A DNA stretch of 64,000 nucleotides from Stegostoma tigrinum (Eukaryota): contig NC_081369.1 of the NCBI RefSeq assembly GCF_030684315.1, positions 9,586,035 through 9,650,034 on the forward strand, given 5' to 3'. Shown piece by piece: positions 49,150 through 62,627 of this stretch (position 1 is the first letter of the stretch; every line of letters begins with the position of its first letter). Both the position numbers and the translations under genes were made by a program. The notes under the pieces were generated by a model. That model saw only the letters and a program-made list of their open reading frames with translations. It was not told the origin of the DNA and searched no databases.

Positions 49150-50230
49150 CTCAAACGTTAAAACGTGAGTATAAATTCCACACGAACGCCATCCTCTGAG
49201 AGCGGACCTGTGGAACACTCACCCTAAATCTTTGACCTCCAACATTTCCACGCTTGGCTATGGGACACAGGTGTCCCCTGGCCACTCTATCCAAGACCGT
49301 CCATAATTTGTGCACCTCAAGCATGTCACCCCAAAGTCTCCTTCATTCTAAGGAAAAATTTCATTCCTTTCCAAACCTTAACCCATAACCCAATTTTGAA
49401 ACAATGGCAATCATCCAGTAAATCACCTCTATACTCTGTCGACGCCAGCTATGCCCTACTTGTATCGTAAAAACAAAGTTTCCAACACTGCTCAAAAAGC
49501 TGTAGCTGTGACCTAAACTTACCTTGAACGGTTTCAGTATGTCATCCCAGCTCTTGTATTCAATGCATCACCAATGAATCAAAACATCCCGTATGTCTTT
49601 TGCACCCCATTATTGACTTACTCTGGGGCTTTCAGCAATTGATTGTGAAGCACTGTGAGATGTCTTACATTCCCTTGCTCTCAAAACGTCTTCAAATCAC
49701 ACTGAGTTATAAAAATTCCAAAATGAACTACAAACATTTTCTACATTCAGTTTGTCTCCCACATAGTGTTGCCAAAAAAATCAGTTTCATTTTCAATACA
49801 ACTATATTTTCAGGAATCAATGGGATGGCTGAGAGCTATACACATTTTAAAAAGCCCCGTGACATTTTGTTTGAAAAGAAAACATTTAAGGGATCTGGGC
49901 TTCCCTGGCATTTACTACCCATCTTTAACCATCCTTGAGAGGCATGATGCACGCTTAAAACACTGCACTCTGGTGTAGGTACGCACACGCAGCTATTAGA
50001 ATTTTTTCCCCCCAGGATATTGGCCAATGAAAGTGACGGAAATTTCCAAAGCAGGGTGGTAAATTATGCTGATATTTCCTAGGTGCCACCAATATACCAC
50101 CAATTCAGCCGCACAGTTAAAAGTTAAAACTGATCTGAGCTCTTCGTGAGAGTAAGATGGAGCAACTAACATTTTGTTTACTCTGTCCAATACCCTGAAG
50201 CCTCTACCTAAATTATCAATCCAGTGAAGC
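49150..50230 (-). mobile_element. Old degenerate CR1 LINE fragment
   Basis: Antisense CR1-like 3' ORF DNA (ccttcattctaaggaaaaa, atccagtaaatcacctctatactct); no ORF. Confidence 0.55.
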
Positions 50231-52009
50231 CGATTTGGAGGTCAGCAATACCATATAAGCTGACATTCACTCTCCTGCCAGAACCTGGAAGTGCTCAGAA
50301 ACTGAAACTTGACAGGCTGAAAAGATTGCGAGTGTAGCAGTTAGATTCCGTGTTGTCAAAGGGAAATAAAAAGGAAAACCCTATGAAGCTAACTAGATGT
50401 AAAAAAAAGTTCAAAAGAGTACAGCTTCCACGCCTCCTTCTCCACGTCGCTTAGTGATGAACGATAAATACCGGCCTTTGCCAGGACACTTACCTCCTGA
50501 GAATGACTTAGAAAGTAATGCATCAGGTTGACTGCCTATCCCAGTAGACTATATTCTTGATTTTCGCAAAGATTAATGGGACAATGGAAAAGATCATTTG
50601 GATAATAGCATGACTGTGATGTGGTATTCAATCATACGTAAAAAATGTGAGAAAATAAAATGACGGATTTGTATTGATATAACAAACTTCCTAGTCACAG
50701 AAATGCAAGTAGTAAGTAGTATTTAGCAAATGGCGATGGCAAATAATCGTGAAATAAATAAAGCAGTTTAGTTGAGGTTAATTGCAGATATAAAATGGGC
50801 AGAATTACGAATAGAACTCTTGTGCCCAGTTAGGAATGCGCACATGGGAAATTTCTATCCTCTTTACGGAGCAGAGAATTCTTTATTGACAATTTTAGAT
50901 TCTCAGTCGATCGGTAGTACGTCTGGCAATGGAATACTGAAATATTGTAAATTGTGTGATCAAGTACGTTTAATCAATTGAGAACTTGAAATGAGATGTT
51001 TCAACTGAAAGAAACAAAATTTAGTGAAAAGCACAGTTGAAATTATTACCGATCTTGTGATAAAATGAACACTGTTTTTAAATTAACGCTATATAAAATG
51101 AAAACAAAACCGTTGCTTGTACTCAGCAGATCAGTACCAACTCTGCAAAGGAAGACAGTTCTCTTTTCATTCTCTGACTTTTCATCAGCGCTAAGCCTTC
51201 TCATCCTAAATCTTCTAAATTTTAGTTTGATAGCAAACAAATGAATCATGTATCTAAATTTACAAGCTTATGCTACACACAGTAGCACATTTCCCCATAA
51301 CAGCCTAGCTATGCTACCCATACATGTACTTTGAATGCTACTTAATGTATTAAAAAGGCATTGATTTAACTTTAATTCAAAGTGTTTTTACATGATCCAA
51401 AATAATGCCTATCAGTCAAGAGTTATAAAGAAACCCAATTGCAGCCGCACAATCAAAAGATCATGGAAACTGTTCTTTCCAGTTAAAAATTAATGCAAAC
51501 AAATAAAATTGATGCAAGAAAGGATTATCTATTGGACATAACTAGGTTTCAACAATAGGTATATAATAGGTCATATAACTGACTGATTTCAATTAAAAAT
51601 TCAATTTTGTATTGATAATGCGGCATCATGAGGGAATGGCCGCACAATATGTTCTGAAAAGCAAACGCCACGTCAGCATCTGTTATGATGAAATAATTTC
51701 CAATATCGTTCATGCTTGGTGGTAGCGTGACTTTATGGGGCTAATGGATTCTATTCAAGCCCTAATAATGTGTTTTTTTTTGATAACCCTATGACCAGGA
51801 TATCCATTTCATGATCGAACTCGCACACTCAGCAAGCATCGTCAGCAATGGGGATGAATGGGCAATGGTGAGTAACATCTAAGATATTTCAGGCTGCTAA
51901 GAAAATCATAAATATGCTTCCAGATCTCATAGCAATTAGTTTGGATTCCTCAAATCTGCCTCCCAAATCTGCTGCGTTGTAATCAAAACAACCCATACTC
52001 TACCTTCCT

Positions 52010-52710
52010 AAACACCAGAAACAAAAACAGAAGTTTCTGGAAAAGCTCAGCAGGTCTGGAAGCACCAATGCTTAAAAAAATCCCAGTTAATGTTAAGGGA
52101 GCAGTGACCCTTCCTTGGAACTGATAACAGCTAAGAAAATGTCTGTTTATGTACAGATAATAGGTTGGGCAAATGGAGAAAAGAGTAGACGATAGTTGGG
52201 AGTAGAGTCCGAACAGGCAGAACAACAGTTGGACAGAAAAAGGAATTTATAACGATCTGGCTGGGGAGATGAATAGCTGTTGATGGAGACTGTATGCAGC
52301 TAGGAAGAAGTAGTGTATAATGGCAGGCTATGTGATTACAAGGGCTGGAGTGTGGAGTAGGGTCTAGGACACGGGAGATTTCAGACCCTCAAATTACTGA
52401 ACTCGCAAAGAACAAGAAAATATACTGGAATGGAAATCCTGTTGGAGAGAGCTGTAGAACGTCTTCAAGATCGGCATGCCAAGAATTGACGTGGCCAAGA
52501 TTTAAATACAAAATAAATCTGACAAAAATGCAAGTGCTGTTTTTCAGCAACAGAAACAGAAGTTTCTGGAAAAGTTCAGCAGTTCTGGCAGCATCTGTGA
52601 AGAAAATCAGAGTTAATGTTCCAGGTCCGGTGACCCTTCCTCGGAACTGATGATAACTAGGGAAATGTCGCTTAATATCGATGCGATAGGCTGGGAGAAT
52701 ACGTTGATTA
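52010..52710 (-). mobile_element. Two Penelope-type end fragments (about 52010-52400 and 52550-52710)
   Basis: AACAGAAGTTTCTGGAAAAG(C/T)TCAGCAG.TCTGG...GTGACCCTTCCT.GGAACTGAT, the same family as 24755-24853 and 53865-54000. Confidence 0.7.
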
Positions 52711-54889
52711 GATCTTACTTGCAATTTGACTGCATCCATGCCTTGCCTTGTTTTATTTTATTTTAACCGTACTCTCAGAGCCTTGCAGCTTATCCTGCAG
52801 GAGACAAGTTCGCAGTCAATAGGGCATATAACCTTATAAACACGATGTGCTACATCAATTTCACTCCTGCACCACATAGCAGCAGCTAATAAACCAAATG
52901 CACATCATGTGCAACAAGCAGACAGCCATGACTCAAATTCTTAGGGAAAAGAGACTTCAGCAAAGTCCATGGAGGTACCCAGCCATCATCATAATGGTGA
53001 GTCTATTGGCTAGGGAAAAGGACAGACAGCAAAGCAATGATTAGGCGGAGGGGCTAGTCCCCACTTAAGGTGATAAAGGCGTTTAGGGGCGAGAGGTGGG
53101 AAGTGAGGGATTTGTCTATGACTGCACCTGGCATGGTCACCTCAAATGGAAAGGGCTGAGATAGTGGAGGCAGATATTGGAACACGTAGGCTCATGTGGA
53201 TGCGTTATGTAGGGACCTGTGGATGTGTAAAGGCTATGGATTTCACATTGGGAAAAGAATGCAGGTGTTCAGGGGATCATACACATCCATATGCAACCTG
53301 AAAGCCACTGACAAAGGATCAGTTATTGTCATCTCCCATCCTGGTGAAATTCTACTATGTGCAAAGTGAAACAAAATAACAGAGAGAAAAAAAAATCTGG
53401 AAGAATTGGGTAAGAATATAAACCTTGAGACAAGAGTCTGCAGGACCCACCAATGTGAGGCATTCTAGCAGAAACTATTCACATGCAGACTGATGAGTTG
53501 CATATGACAGAGAACTGCAGATTGCCTGATTCCAGACGATGGCAATGCATTGCCATTTTGTGGAAAATGCTTCACTGCGATCGATATGGATGACCTGCTC
53601 ATTTATGCCAGAAGCTTCATATTCATAGGTAAGTGAAAGTAGTGTGACACTTCTCCATGAGAGACATGGTGTCAGCAGAACCTATTGTTCATAAACACCC
53701 GTTTAATCTTCCCTCAATTATTTCCATTTGATTTTCTGTCCCTTTTGCAACATATCAACTGGGTGGAGGGAACCTTATCTGCAATGGTCCCCGTTGACCA
53801 TGAAGAATTGGGTCTGGCAACACTGAGAGACTTTACGATAAACACGACAAAATAAACCAAACAAACAAAAGAACAACAGATGCTGGAAATCTGAAACAAA
53901 AACATAAATTGCTGGACAATTGCAGCTGGTCTGGCAGCATCCGTGGAGAGAAATCAGAGTTAACTTTTCGGGTCCAATGATTCTGCTTCAGAACTGATAG
54001 TAGATAGGAGAAGGATATTTTATGTGGAAGATTGTAGACAGAACCTGAACAGAGAGAAACACAGTTGCACATATAGTGTCTTAGCTGTCTTAACAAGTCC
54101 AAAAAGTATGATGCCAGGGCCCCAATCAAACAAAGTCTTAAATTTAAAATTCCCAGCCACGTTAAACTGTTCCATTTTGGAATATCATTCTAATTTCCTC
54201 CAGACTCATTATCCTCTCAGATCCATATATTCTCATCATTTTGGCCTCTTCTGCCAGGTCAACAATTATTGCTCCATTACTGGTAACCATTCCATTGCTT
54301 TCCTCAGTGTTGAAGTTATCCCTACAACTCTCCATTCTTAACCTTGTTTTCATCCTTTAAGACGCACATTATAAGTCATCTATTTCAACAAGTGCTTGGT
54401 CACGTATTTTAATGTACACTTATTCATTTGATGCAATATTTTAATTGATATTACCCCTGTGAAGTGCCTTGGGAGGTCTGATAACACGATTGGCATGATG
54501 GAACAAAAGGTCTAGCTTTCGCTTCTCATCTGAAGGGCAGTCACTGGGACTGTACTGCTCCCCTTCCACAGCTTTGAAAGGTCAGTGGTGATTAAACAAT
54601 TGCCTAGAGTGGGTCACAAAACAAAGGATCATTTTCAAAGGTGGCAATGTGTGCGACCACTAAGCTGTAATCGAACACGTATTCATCCTATAGGATATAG
54701 GAAACTGACAGCCGAAATTTACTTCTTATCCGAAGATACTTTGCTCAACCCACCAAAGCTTACTGAATAATTTCTATTGCCGCAAGTCTGCTCAAGAATA
54801 AATATATATTATTTGAAGTCTTTTGTTGACATATCTCTGAAGTATGTACATTTGATTTATTGTTAATCTTAATTTTCTAAAGTAAAATT

Positions 54890-55380
54890 GAGGTGATACC
54901 AAGCAGTTTAGACAAAGGAAAGCCAATGGATGTTATCAAGTTCAACTTACAGATGGCCTTTGACAAGTTGCAACACAGGAGGCTGTTGAGTTAGATTAGA
55001 GTTCATGGTGTTAAAATCAAGATGTTAGCATGAATGGAAGATTTGCTGTTTGTAAGAAAGCATAAAGTGGGGATAAAAGAGTTTTTCTCAGGATGGCAGA
55101 TGATGACTAATGGTGTTTCACAAGGGTCAGTGTTGGGACCACAACTTTTCACTATATACATTCATGATATAGACGAAGGAACATAAGGCATTCTATATAA
55201 TTTTGTAGATGGTACAAAGACAGGTGGAAGGACAAGTCATCTTGAGGAGGTAGGGAATCAAATGTCACAGCGAGAAAGTGGGAGAATTGGGTTGAGAAAC
55301 CTATCAGCCCCGATTGAAGGGCAGAGCAGGCTTGATGGGCAGAATGGCCTAACTTATAGTCCTATGTCTTATGGTCTTAG
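54890..55380 (+). mobile_element. Internally deleted CR1 RT fragment
   Basis: Decayed AFDKLQHRRLL and [19 protein letters not shown] followed directly by a CR1-type 3' tail. Confidence 0.75.
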
Positions 55381-55402
55381 GATTTATCTAGGTTTAGATT
55401 TA

Positions 55403-55745
55403 GGGGAGGCCACGGTTTAGTCACTTTTCAATAGGTTCTTAATTCAGAAAGTTAGCTAACGTTCTGGGGATCTGAATTCAAATCCCGCCACAGTAGACAG
55501 GGAAATTTGAATTCAATTAAAGAAACTGGAATGAAATGTCTACTAATGACCATGAAATCATTGTTATTTGTCATGAAAAAGAGATCTGGTTTACTAACGT
55601 CCTTCAGGGAAGGAAATCTGTCATCCTTTCCTCATATGGTCTACTATGACTCCAGAACCATAGCAACATGGTGAACTCTTAACTTCCCTCTTGACTATTA
55701 GCATGGACAATAAATGTTGGTCTAGCATTGAGTGAATAAAAAAAG
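55403..55745 (+). mobile_element. tRNA-derived SINE (same family as 16330-16692)
   Basis: Shared core GAAATTTGAATTCAAT...TCTGGTTTACTAACGTCCTTCAGGGAAGGAAATCTG; A-rich tail. Confidence 0.75.
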
Positions 55746-56420
55746 GCTTATTTTTTCAAAACAACTCATGAAGACCTTCTTACCTGTACTGCAAACCATG
55801 TAACTACAATGAATAAAACAATTAGCACAGCAGAGATGAATTCTAGTTGTGGTAGGACCTAATTCAAAGGCAAAATTCATTAAACACTTTACGCAGCAGT
55901 TGCTCCCCAACAATGCTCAAGGAATCATTCACACCATGGTGAGTTGTTGTGGGTTTGGAAGTCCTCTACTCACAATGACCACTGATGCTACGAGGGGACA
56001 TTTCAAAGTTTACACAGAATCTAAATCAGGCACAGAACCTGTTCCAAACAATTGTTGTCACCACACCATTAGTATTGTTGCTTCAGTTCAACCCATACAT
56101 GGTCAATAGTAACACTTTGGATGTTAATTGTGGTTGTGAATGTGAGGGATAATTGGTTGGATTCTCTGTCATTGAGTTAATCCTTGCCTGCCTCCCGTAT
56201 GGCGTGATGTTTCTTCTCGTTTTACACCAAAAGAAATGAAGGATAAATATTTGGAAGGCACAAGGGCTACAAGGTGTAGGAGAATGAAGAAATGTAGTGA
56301 CAATATAAGAAGGCAGCCAGAAGATTGCAAATGGCCTGCTAGAACGTATTAGGGACAAGTTGAGGTTGAATGATTTGCTCAGTAACATCGAAGGTTACAA
56401 ACAGTTTTACAGGAAGAAAG

Positions 56421-59400
56421 GCTATTTGTGCAAGGTAAGCGAGAGGGCAGGACTTTCTGGAATATTTCAAAACACCAACATATTTTCTGATCATTTATTT
56501 CATAAACATTGTCTTTGCAGTGATGGCTGCTCATTATTTGTGCTGTAAGCTATACTTGATATTTCTGTTCCCTTGAAAGAAATACAATTGGACATTCAGT
56601 ATCATAGCTGCATACTGTAACATCTATAAATATTACGCATTTATAATTTCCAAGGCACCTTATGCACTAAGTTTCTGAATGTTAAGTTTCCAGTGCATAT
56701 GCCTGAGAACAAAATACTTATGTCAATGTAATTCCACAATGATTCTTAGTCCTTGGTGCCTTGTTGAGTTAGTGTCTGAAATAACTTAAAAGACTGGCAT
56801 CCCATCATGCAGTCAACATCTATTTACAGATGGAGATTCTTTGATATTGATCCAGCACCCTCAGACCCAGGTCTCAGACTGAACAGAACCTCTAGTACAT
56901 CTTTTCTGACAGTCAGGAATCCCTGATTGGACCAGATTAACAGACCCAATCAGGGAGCTTATATTCTATTGACGTCTACCTGTCTGACATTGTTACAATC
57001 ATTACATCTCTGCCCAACTAAATCTGAGAATATAGGTCAGTTATTTTCTTTCTTGTAGCTCCTGCCAGCGTGTTTTAGCTCTGGGACAGATTCTTCCAAC
57101 TCTTCCCCAGATACCCGCAATGCATAGCAGCGCCCATCTTGTACCCACAGTGTCACAGAAGAAATTAATTCCCTTCTTTAGGTGAAAAAGTTGTCAAGGT
57201 GGTGACACATGCTATGTTCATCTCAGATTCTGAGACATCACCTATTGCTTGATGAAGATGGAGAACCAATGGATTCTGGAATAATCAGAAAAGCTGTTGA
57301 GGAGCTGGGCACCTTTTGCTCACGCACTGCTTGTGGGTTTGCAGCTTTCATGTGGTCCATGCACTTATTCAGTATCATTGGAACTTTCCACGTGACTGGA
57401 CCTGACTTTGTATCAAACATGCCTCTTACCCAAGAAGTGCCATTCCCGTGGTTTCTATACCAAACATGGTCCTCTGAAGTAAGCTATCTCTCTCACCTAG
57501 TGCAGTCTTGTGCCTGGTGTTGACATTCCTAGGGCCGTTTCACCCACCCACTCCCATGCCTGGTAAGATCAGGTAAAATTAGTGTGGAGTCTTTTCCCCA
57601 TTAGCGAATGTGCTGGCGCTATTCTTGTATTTGAATGAGGAGTGGTCCAAAATGAAATAGGAACAGGGACAGTTTGGTATCTAGTGAAGCTGCAGGGTGT
57701 TTTTTTAGGCCTGTTTTCAAAGTTTGGACTGCTTTTGCTGCAGACCATTGAATGATGCATGGAATGGAGCTGTCCTTATCTGTCGACTAAAATTTGTGTT
57801 TACAATATTCTCAAATTCCCTGGCGGTAAATGATAGTCCATTACCTGTGACCAAAATTGCTAGGAGACCATGCATTGCAAATATGCGTGCAGTTTTTCTA
57901 TCATCATCCCCACACTATGCACATCCAGCCATATTGAGTGGGTTTCCACAATGACAAAGAAAATTGAGCCCATGAGAAAAACCTGCATTATTGATGTGTA
58001 ACTGAGTCCAGGATTTACCTAGACATTTCTGCAAATGTAGGGGAGTTGCTGGTGGTAATTGATGTCCTTGCTAGCACTGCTCCACCAATGCGGCTATATC
58101 TGCATCCAATCCTGGCCAGCTGTTATAACATCATGCCAGCATCATTATTTTGGCAACCCCTGGATGATCCTAGTGGAGTTCAGTCAGTATCTGGTGATGG
58201 CCTACACTCAGGACAATCACTCCTGCTCCCCATAATAATATGCCGTTCTCTGCTGTGATCTAATCTCTCTGGGTCCAAGCAGTTTTCATTTCTAGTTATG
58301 ACGACCCTCTTGATTACCCCATCACCATCAACTGTTTGAATTTTGCCAGGGCTGTATTTTTCTATGTTCCAATGTTGATGTTGTCTTGTGTGACTGGAAG
58401 GCTGACCAGAAATTTTTAAACCATTACGGACTCTTCCAGTTGTGTTATGCACTTTTAGGCATTCCTCTCCATTGGGTCAGCTATGAGCTAATACTACCCC
58501 GATGCCATAAGTGGAACAATCACATGTCAATACTAGATTTCACTTGGGATCATAACATTCCAAAACCTAAGAGGATGATAACTGTTTCCTCACTTTTTTG
58601 AATGCTATGGCTTGCCTATGTGACCATTTACAAGGCATATCCTTTTTGTAAGAGTTGATGCAAAGATGCCAGGATGGTCGACTCGTTAGGTATGAACTTA
58701 CCATAATAATTAATCCGCCTAGGAGAAATATCAATGGACAATGTTCAAGTTCTCTGAGAACTCCTTATTGGTTTTGACTCTTATTAGCTTGTTGCCTAGA
58801 AAAAAATACTCCCCGGGATAGACCTTTTAAAATGTTTTCCATCTTCTGTTGAAAATTTTTACAGGCTGGCAATACCTCAAAGAGCATCATGTATTGATGC
58901 AAATCATTGCAGGTAGTAATTATACTTCTGGGAATCCTCACGTTACAGCAATTGCAATTACACATGTTTCATCTCAAGATTCACAGAGAGGCCTGTCCTC
59001 CACCCCTTCTACCAGCTTTGCACATAAATCCTCTATGTGAGGGGTTGAGTATTTATTCAGCTGTGAAAGGTGGTTTATTATTTGTTTAAAATCCCCACAA
59101 AGGCAAGCATGCACATTGGGCTTTACGAATGGTACAACTGGTACTGCCCATCCAGCAAACTGCAATGGTAAGAACATTTCTTTGTTTTCCAGCGTTCTGG
59201 TTTCTCCCTCTACTTTTGCCCATAAGACAAATGGCCCTTGGTGGACTTTGAATAATGGTGGAATTGTTTCCTGCTCAACATGCAAGGTGGTCTTGCCTTC
59301 TTTGATAGTCCACTGGCCTTCCTGAAAACTTCTAGGTCTTTAATTAGGACTTCACTCAGGCAGACATTTTCAAATTGAAACATACCAAACTAACCTAGGT

Positions 59401-61681
59401 AAATATTTCTCAATGGATTTTGCACCATCAAGTCCGAGGGACCCCCAGTCTTTTTCTGGAGTTTATGGTAACTGAATCAGCTACTTAACATAAGATACTG
59501 GAACTGAAGTTGTACCCTTAATCTGTAATGGCTCCACAGTATAAGTTCTCAGTCTAGCCAAGATCTTGCACCCCATAAGGGTTGGAGTTCAGAGCGAATT
59601 TTGTCAAATTGTGACTTGCGATCAGTGAAATTGCTGCTCTGGTATCAAACTTCATTGGATCTGAGTGGCAATTTAACCCACTGAGCTCTAGTACGCACTT
59701 CAAACAATAATTACCATTTGTAGTTCCTGACATTCAACTGATTTGATGTATTTCCTCATTAGTAATATTTTGGTTTTGAAATTTAACTGATGCAGTGATC
59801 TTCATTTCGTCAACAATTAGTACCATTGCCATAATACACTCAAGATTAATGAACACAAGCTTCAATTAATATATTTGCTTTGTCCTTTCTTTTGCCCTAT
59901 CTCAATATTATTCATTCTATTAAACATGTGAGACAAGCATAGCTAAGGATGTTGTGGCTTTGTGCTGCTGAGGAGGCCAAGTATTAAAATTGATTCTTCA
60001 AGTAAAGTTGTGTAAATGCCATCAATGTGAGAGATTTATTATACTATCTGAGTGCTCATGCACAAAATATTATTTAAAGTTGATCCTCTCAATGTTGCAT
60101 GATGGTAAAGAAGTGAAGCAACTGAAAGTCACACTCAGATTACCTTTTCTAGATTGTGTCCAGTATACTGGCTTTGATCATCCTCTTCCTGCAGTTACCC
60201 TATTGTAAAACATGTACAATTTACATGAAGAAAATTCACCGGTAACTTTCAAACTTCTACGTGAAACAGTTGCATTTTATTAGGTAATATTCACAATGAC
60301 TTGGTAGAACAGCGGTGCCAAAAGAACACGAGGAATAAATGTTAGTGTTGTGCAGGACAACGAGGACCTGTATGTAGCATCCAATTCTTTGGCTGAGTCT
60401 CAACTTCCTCTGAATTATTCTAAGTATACCTATTCAGTACCTTATGTCTTCCCCAAGAATCATGCAGCCGGCACCTACACCATTTCCATGTTTGGTGGAG
60501 TCCAAAAGACTACTTAGAATTGGGCAAGCACATGAGTACATCCACCATACAATATGTGCTGGTCAGCATCATGGAATTAATCTGTGGCAATTTAATTGGG
60601 AAAAAAATCACGTTTTAATACGTTGTATTTGATAACCTGCATGTTGCAAAAGCAGCAAAAATTTTTTGACTTTAAACTTCCTTTGCTTGTTGAATGGCCA
60701 TTGAATTCAGAAATGAACCATTCTATCTACGTTTTACTAGTCACTTAATTAGTGAGAAATGCTAACTGACTTTGACTTCTATATTAAAACTGTTTCATTA
60801 TTTAAAACTGCATAGAATTGGAGTGTTGTTGCCATGAGCGGCATCGTTTCCATTTTGCTTGTTTGTTTGTGTTCAATCTTCCTTCTACTTCCCTCATTGG
60901 TCGTATCCACGAAGATTCATAACATTTGCCCCTTGTCAAATGCTATCTTTCCCTTTTCCCGGCTTGTGAAATTATGGGATGTCTCACACATTTCACATAA
61001 TCATTGCCCATGATACATCTCTGGTGCATCAGATTTAAAAGCCTTAATAATTTACTGCTTTTATTCAGAGTTTATCCTATCAGTGCACAATAATCTATTC
61101 ACCCCACTGGTAGATACCTTTTTCTATAAAACTAATATGATAAACACAACGCATTTATTTCCAAGGTATTCCTAACCAATTGCCCCAACCTAGAATCTGA
61201 TGCAATCAGTATTGAGAATACTTGTGAAATCATGCCTCTAAATTAGATCAACCATACGTTAACAAGTAAGTTACATGTTTAATGATAGGACAATATGTGA
61301 ATAAGAAAGTCGACAAGAACAGTTTTTTGGGGGAATCAATCAGTCTTGTATTTCTACCTTTCTGAAAAAAAGCCTTTTGTGATGCATGAACCGACAATTC
61401 AATCAGTGACTAATTCAGAAAACCCCATTGGTTAAATGAAGACCAGTTTAACTTTCAACTGTAAAATATTTGGTAATTCAACTTATCAATTTCCCTTCAG
61501 TAGTGCAGTGCAGTTGAAAACTTCATTATACTTCAGGCAAGAAATTAGACTGATGCAGATAATAAAATCTGCAGATAATACTAAGCCATTAGCCTTCTGG
61601 GCACCAACTCGTGTGAGGGCTAGATTGATGTTTCTTGCACTAATGATTGTATTCAGATAGTTTCATGGACTCAGCATAAAA
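56421..61681 (+). pseudogene. Pseudogene C of the VJ-C1-TM family
   Basis: Only the last 14 nt of the V exon plus its donor remain (GCTATTTGTGCAAG/GTAAGC, 56421-56440). The C1 remnant (60195 to about 60508) has lost both Cys (CGT, TAT) and has two TAG stops. The TM remnant 61575-61681 reads DNTKPLAFWAPTRVRARLMFLALMIVFR*. Introns align with genes A and B. Confidence 0.88.
56777..59700 (-). mobile_element. Degenerate, 5'-truncated Ty3/Gypsy LTR retrotransposon in the V-C1 intron of pseudogene C
   Basis: Protease-like KFDTRAAISLI (about 59620-59660), RT start WAVPVVPFVKP..LCGDFK..PHIEDL (ORF 58974-59285), integrase-like LVTGNGLSFTAREF, purine tract next to a TGT...CA 3' LTR at 56777-57006. Confidence 0.85.
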
Positions 61682-62627
61682 GTAAGATCAATTGACAACT
61701 TCTGATATTAAGTTTAGTTGTAGTCTGCGAACAATAAGCAGAATGAAGGGACCTTTGCATGCTCAGGAGAACTTGAAAGGATTCAAAGTTGAAAACACAA
61801 TTGTTTTGCTTTTCAGCAAATTCAGATTGTTCCAAACAAATTCATAATGCAGGAATGTTCACAAACTTATGAACAAAAAAGTTAATCACTCACAGAGCTG
61901 TGAGGTAATTATTCTATCCAACATTGCTATGAGAAAATAAATTAGTGACACTTCCATTAGTGAAGATGAGGTCAGGACAGGAGTTCCCTGCAGCGAATTT
62001 AACATTTCATGCCAGATTTAGTTTAGTGATAATCACACAAAGAAAGAATGTTTTTTGATGAATCTAATAATATATGTTATACATAAATTTAATTGGTGTT
62101 GATTTTTGTATTTTATACAATGTGACTTAAAAAAGCAATAAGTCAAAGAAATATATCATGAAATTATGAACAGATCAAAGATGATCTGTTTCAGAGTTCA
62201 CTATGTTTCAGGGACAATGCGAAGGGGCATACAAATTTTATTGAAATATGATTTCTACAATTTTACTTAATATTGAAACTTTAAAAATTAGAATTAAATG
62301 TTGCACCAATGCAGACAAATGATATTTTAAGATCTGAAACTGTGCTGGACTATCTGCTGACCTTTGCAAAAGGACATTAACTAGTAGGCATTGCTGTGCT
62401 GCATGAAGCTTCTGAAAGGATTGTTCTGAAGTGGTTCACAAAAATGCAACTTTTTTTTTAATCTGACCTTGCTGTACAAAAATTAACCAATAATCGGTTA
62501 ATAGAAAGAGAGAGCCACATGCTCTTATAATAATCTGAACTATTACAAATCCTGATGATTTACATAACTTTATGATATGCGTGATGGAGACTAGCGCACT
62601 GGGCAATCATCTTATTCTTATTTGCAA

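Noticed and set aside
56370-56440. Isolated LFVQ plus donor as a true J gene segment
   Set aside because: No nonamer or CACTGTG heptamer upstream and no GxG motif; better explained as a deletion remnant of a VJ exon
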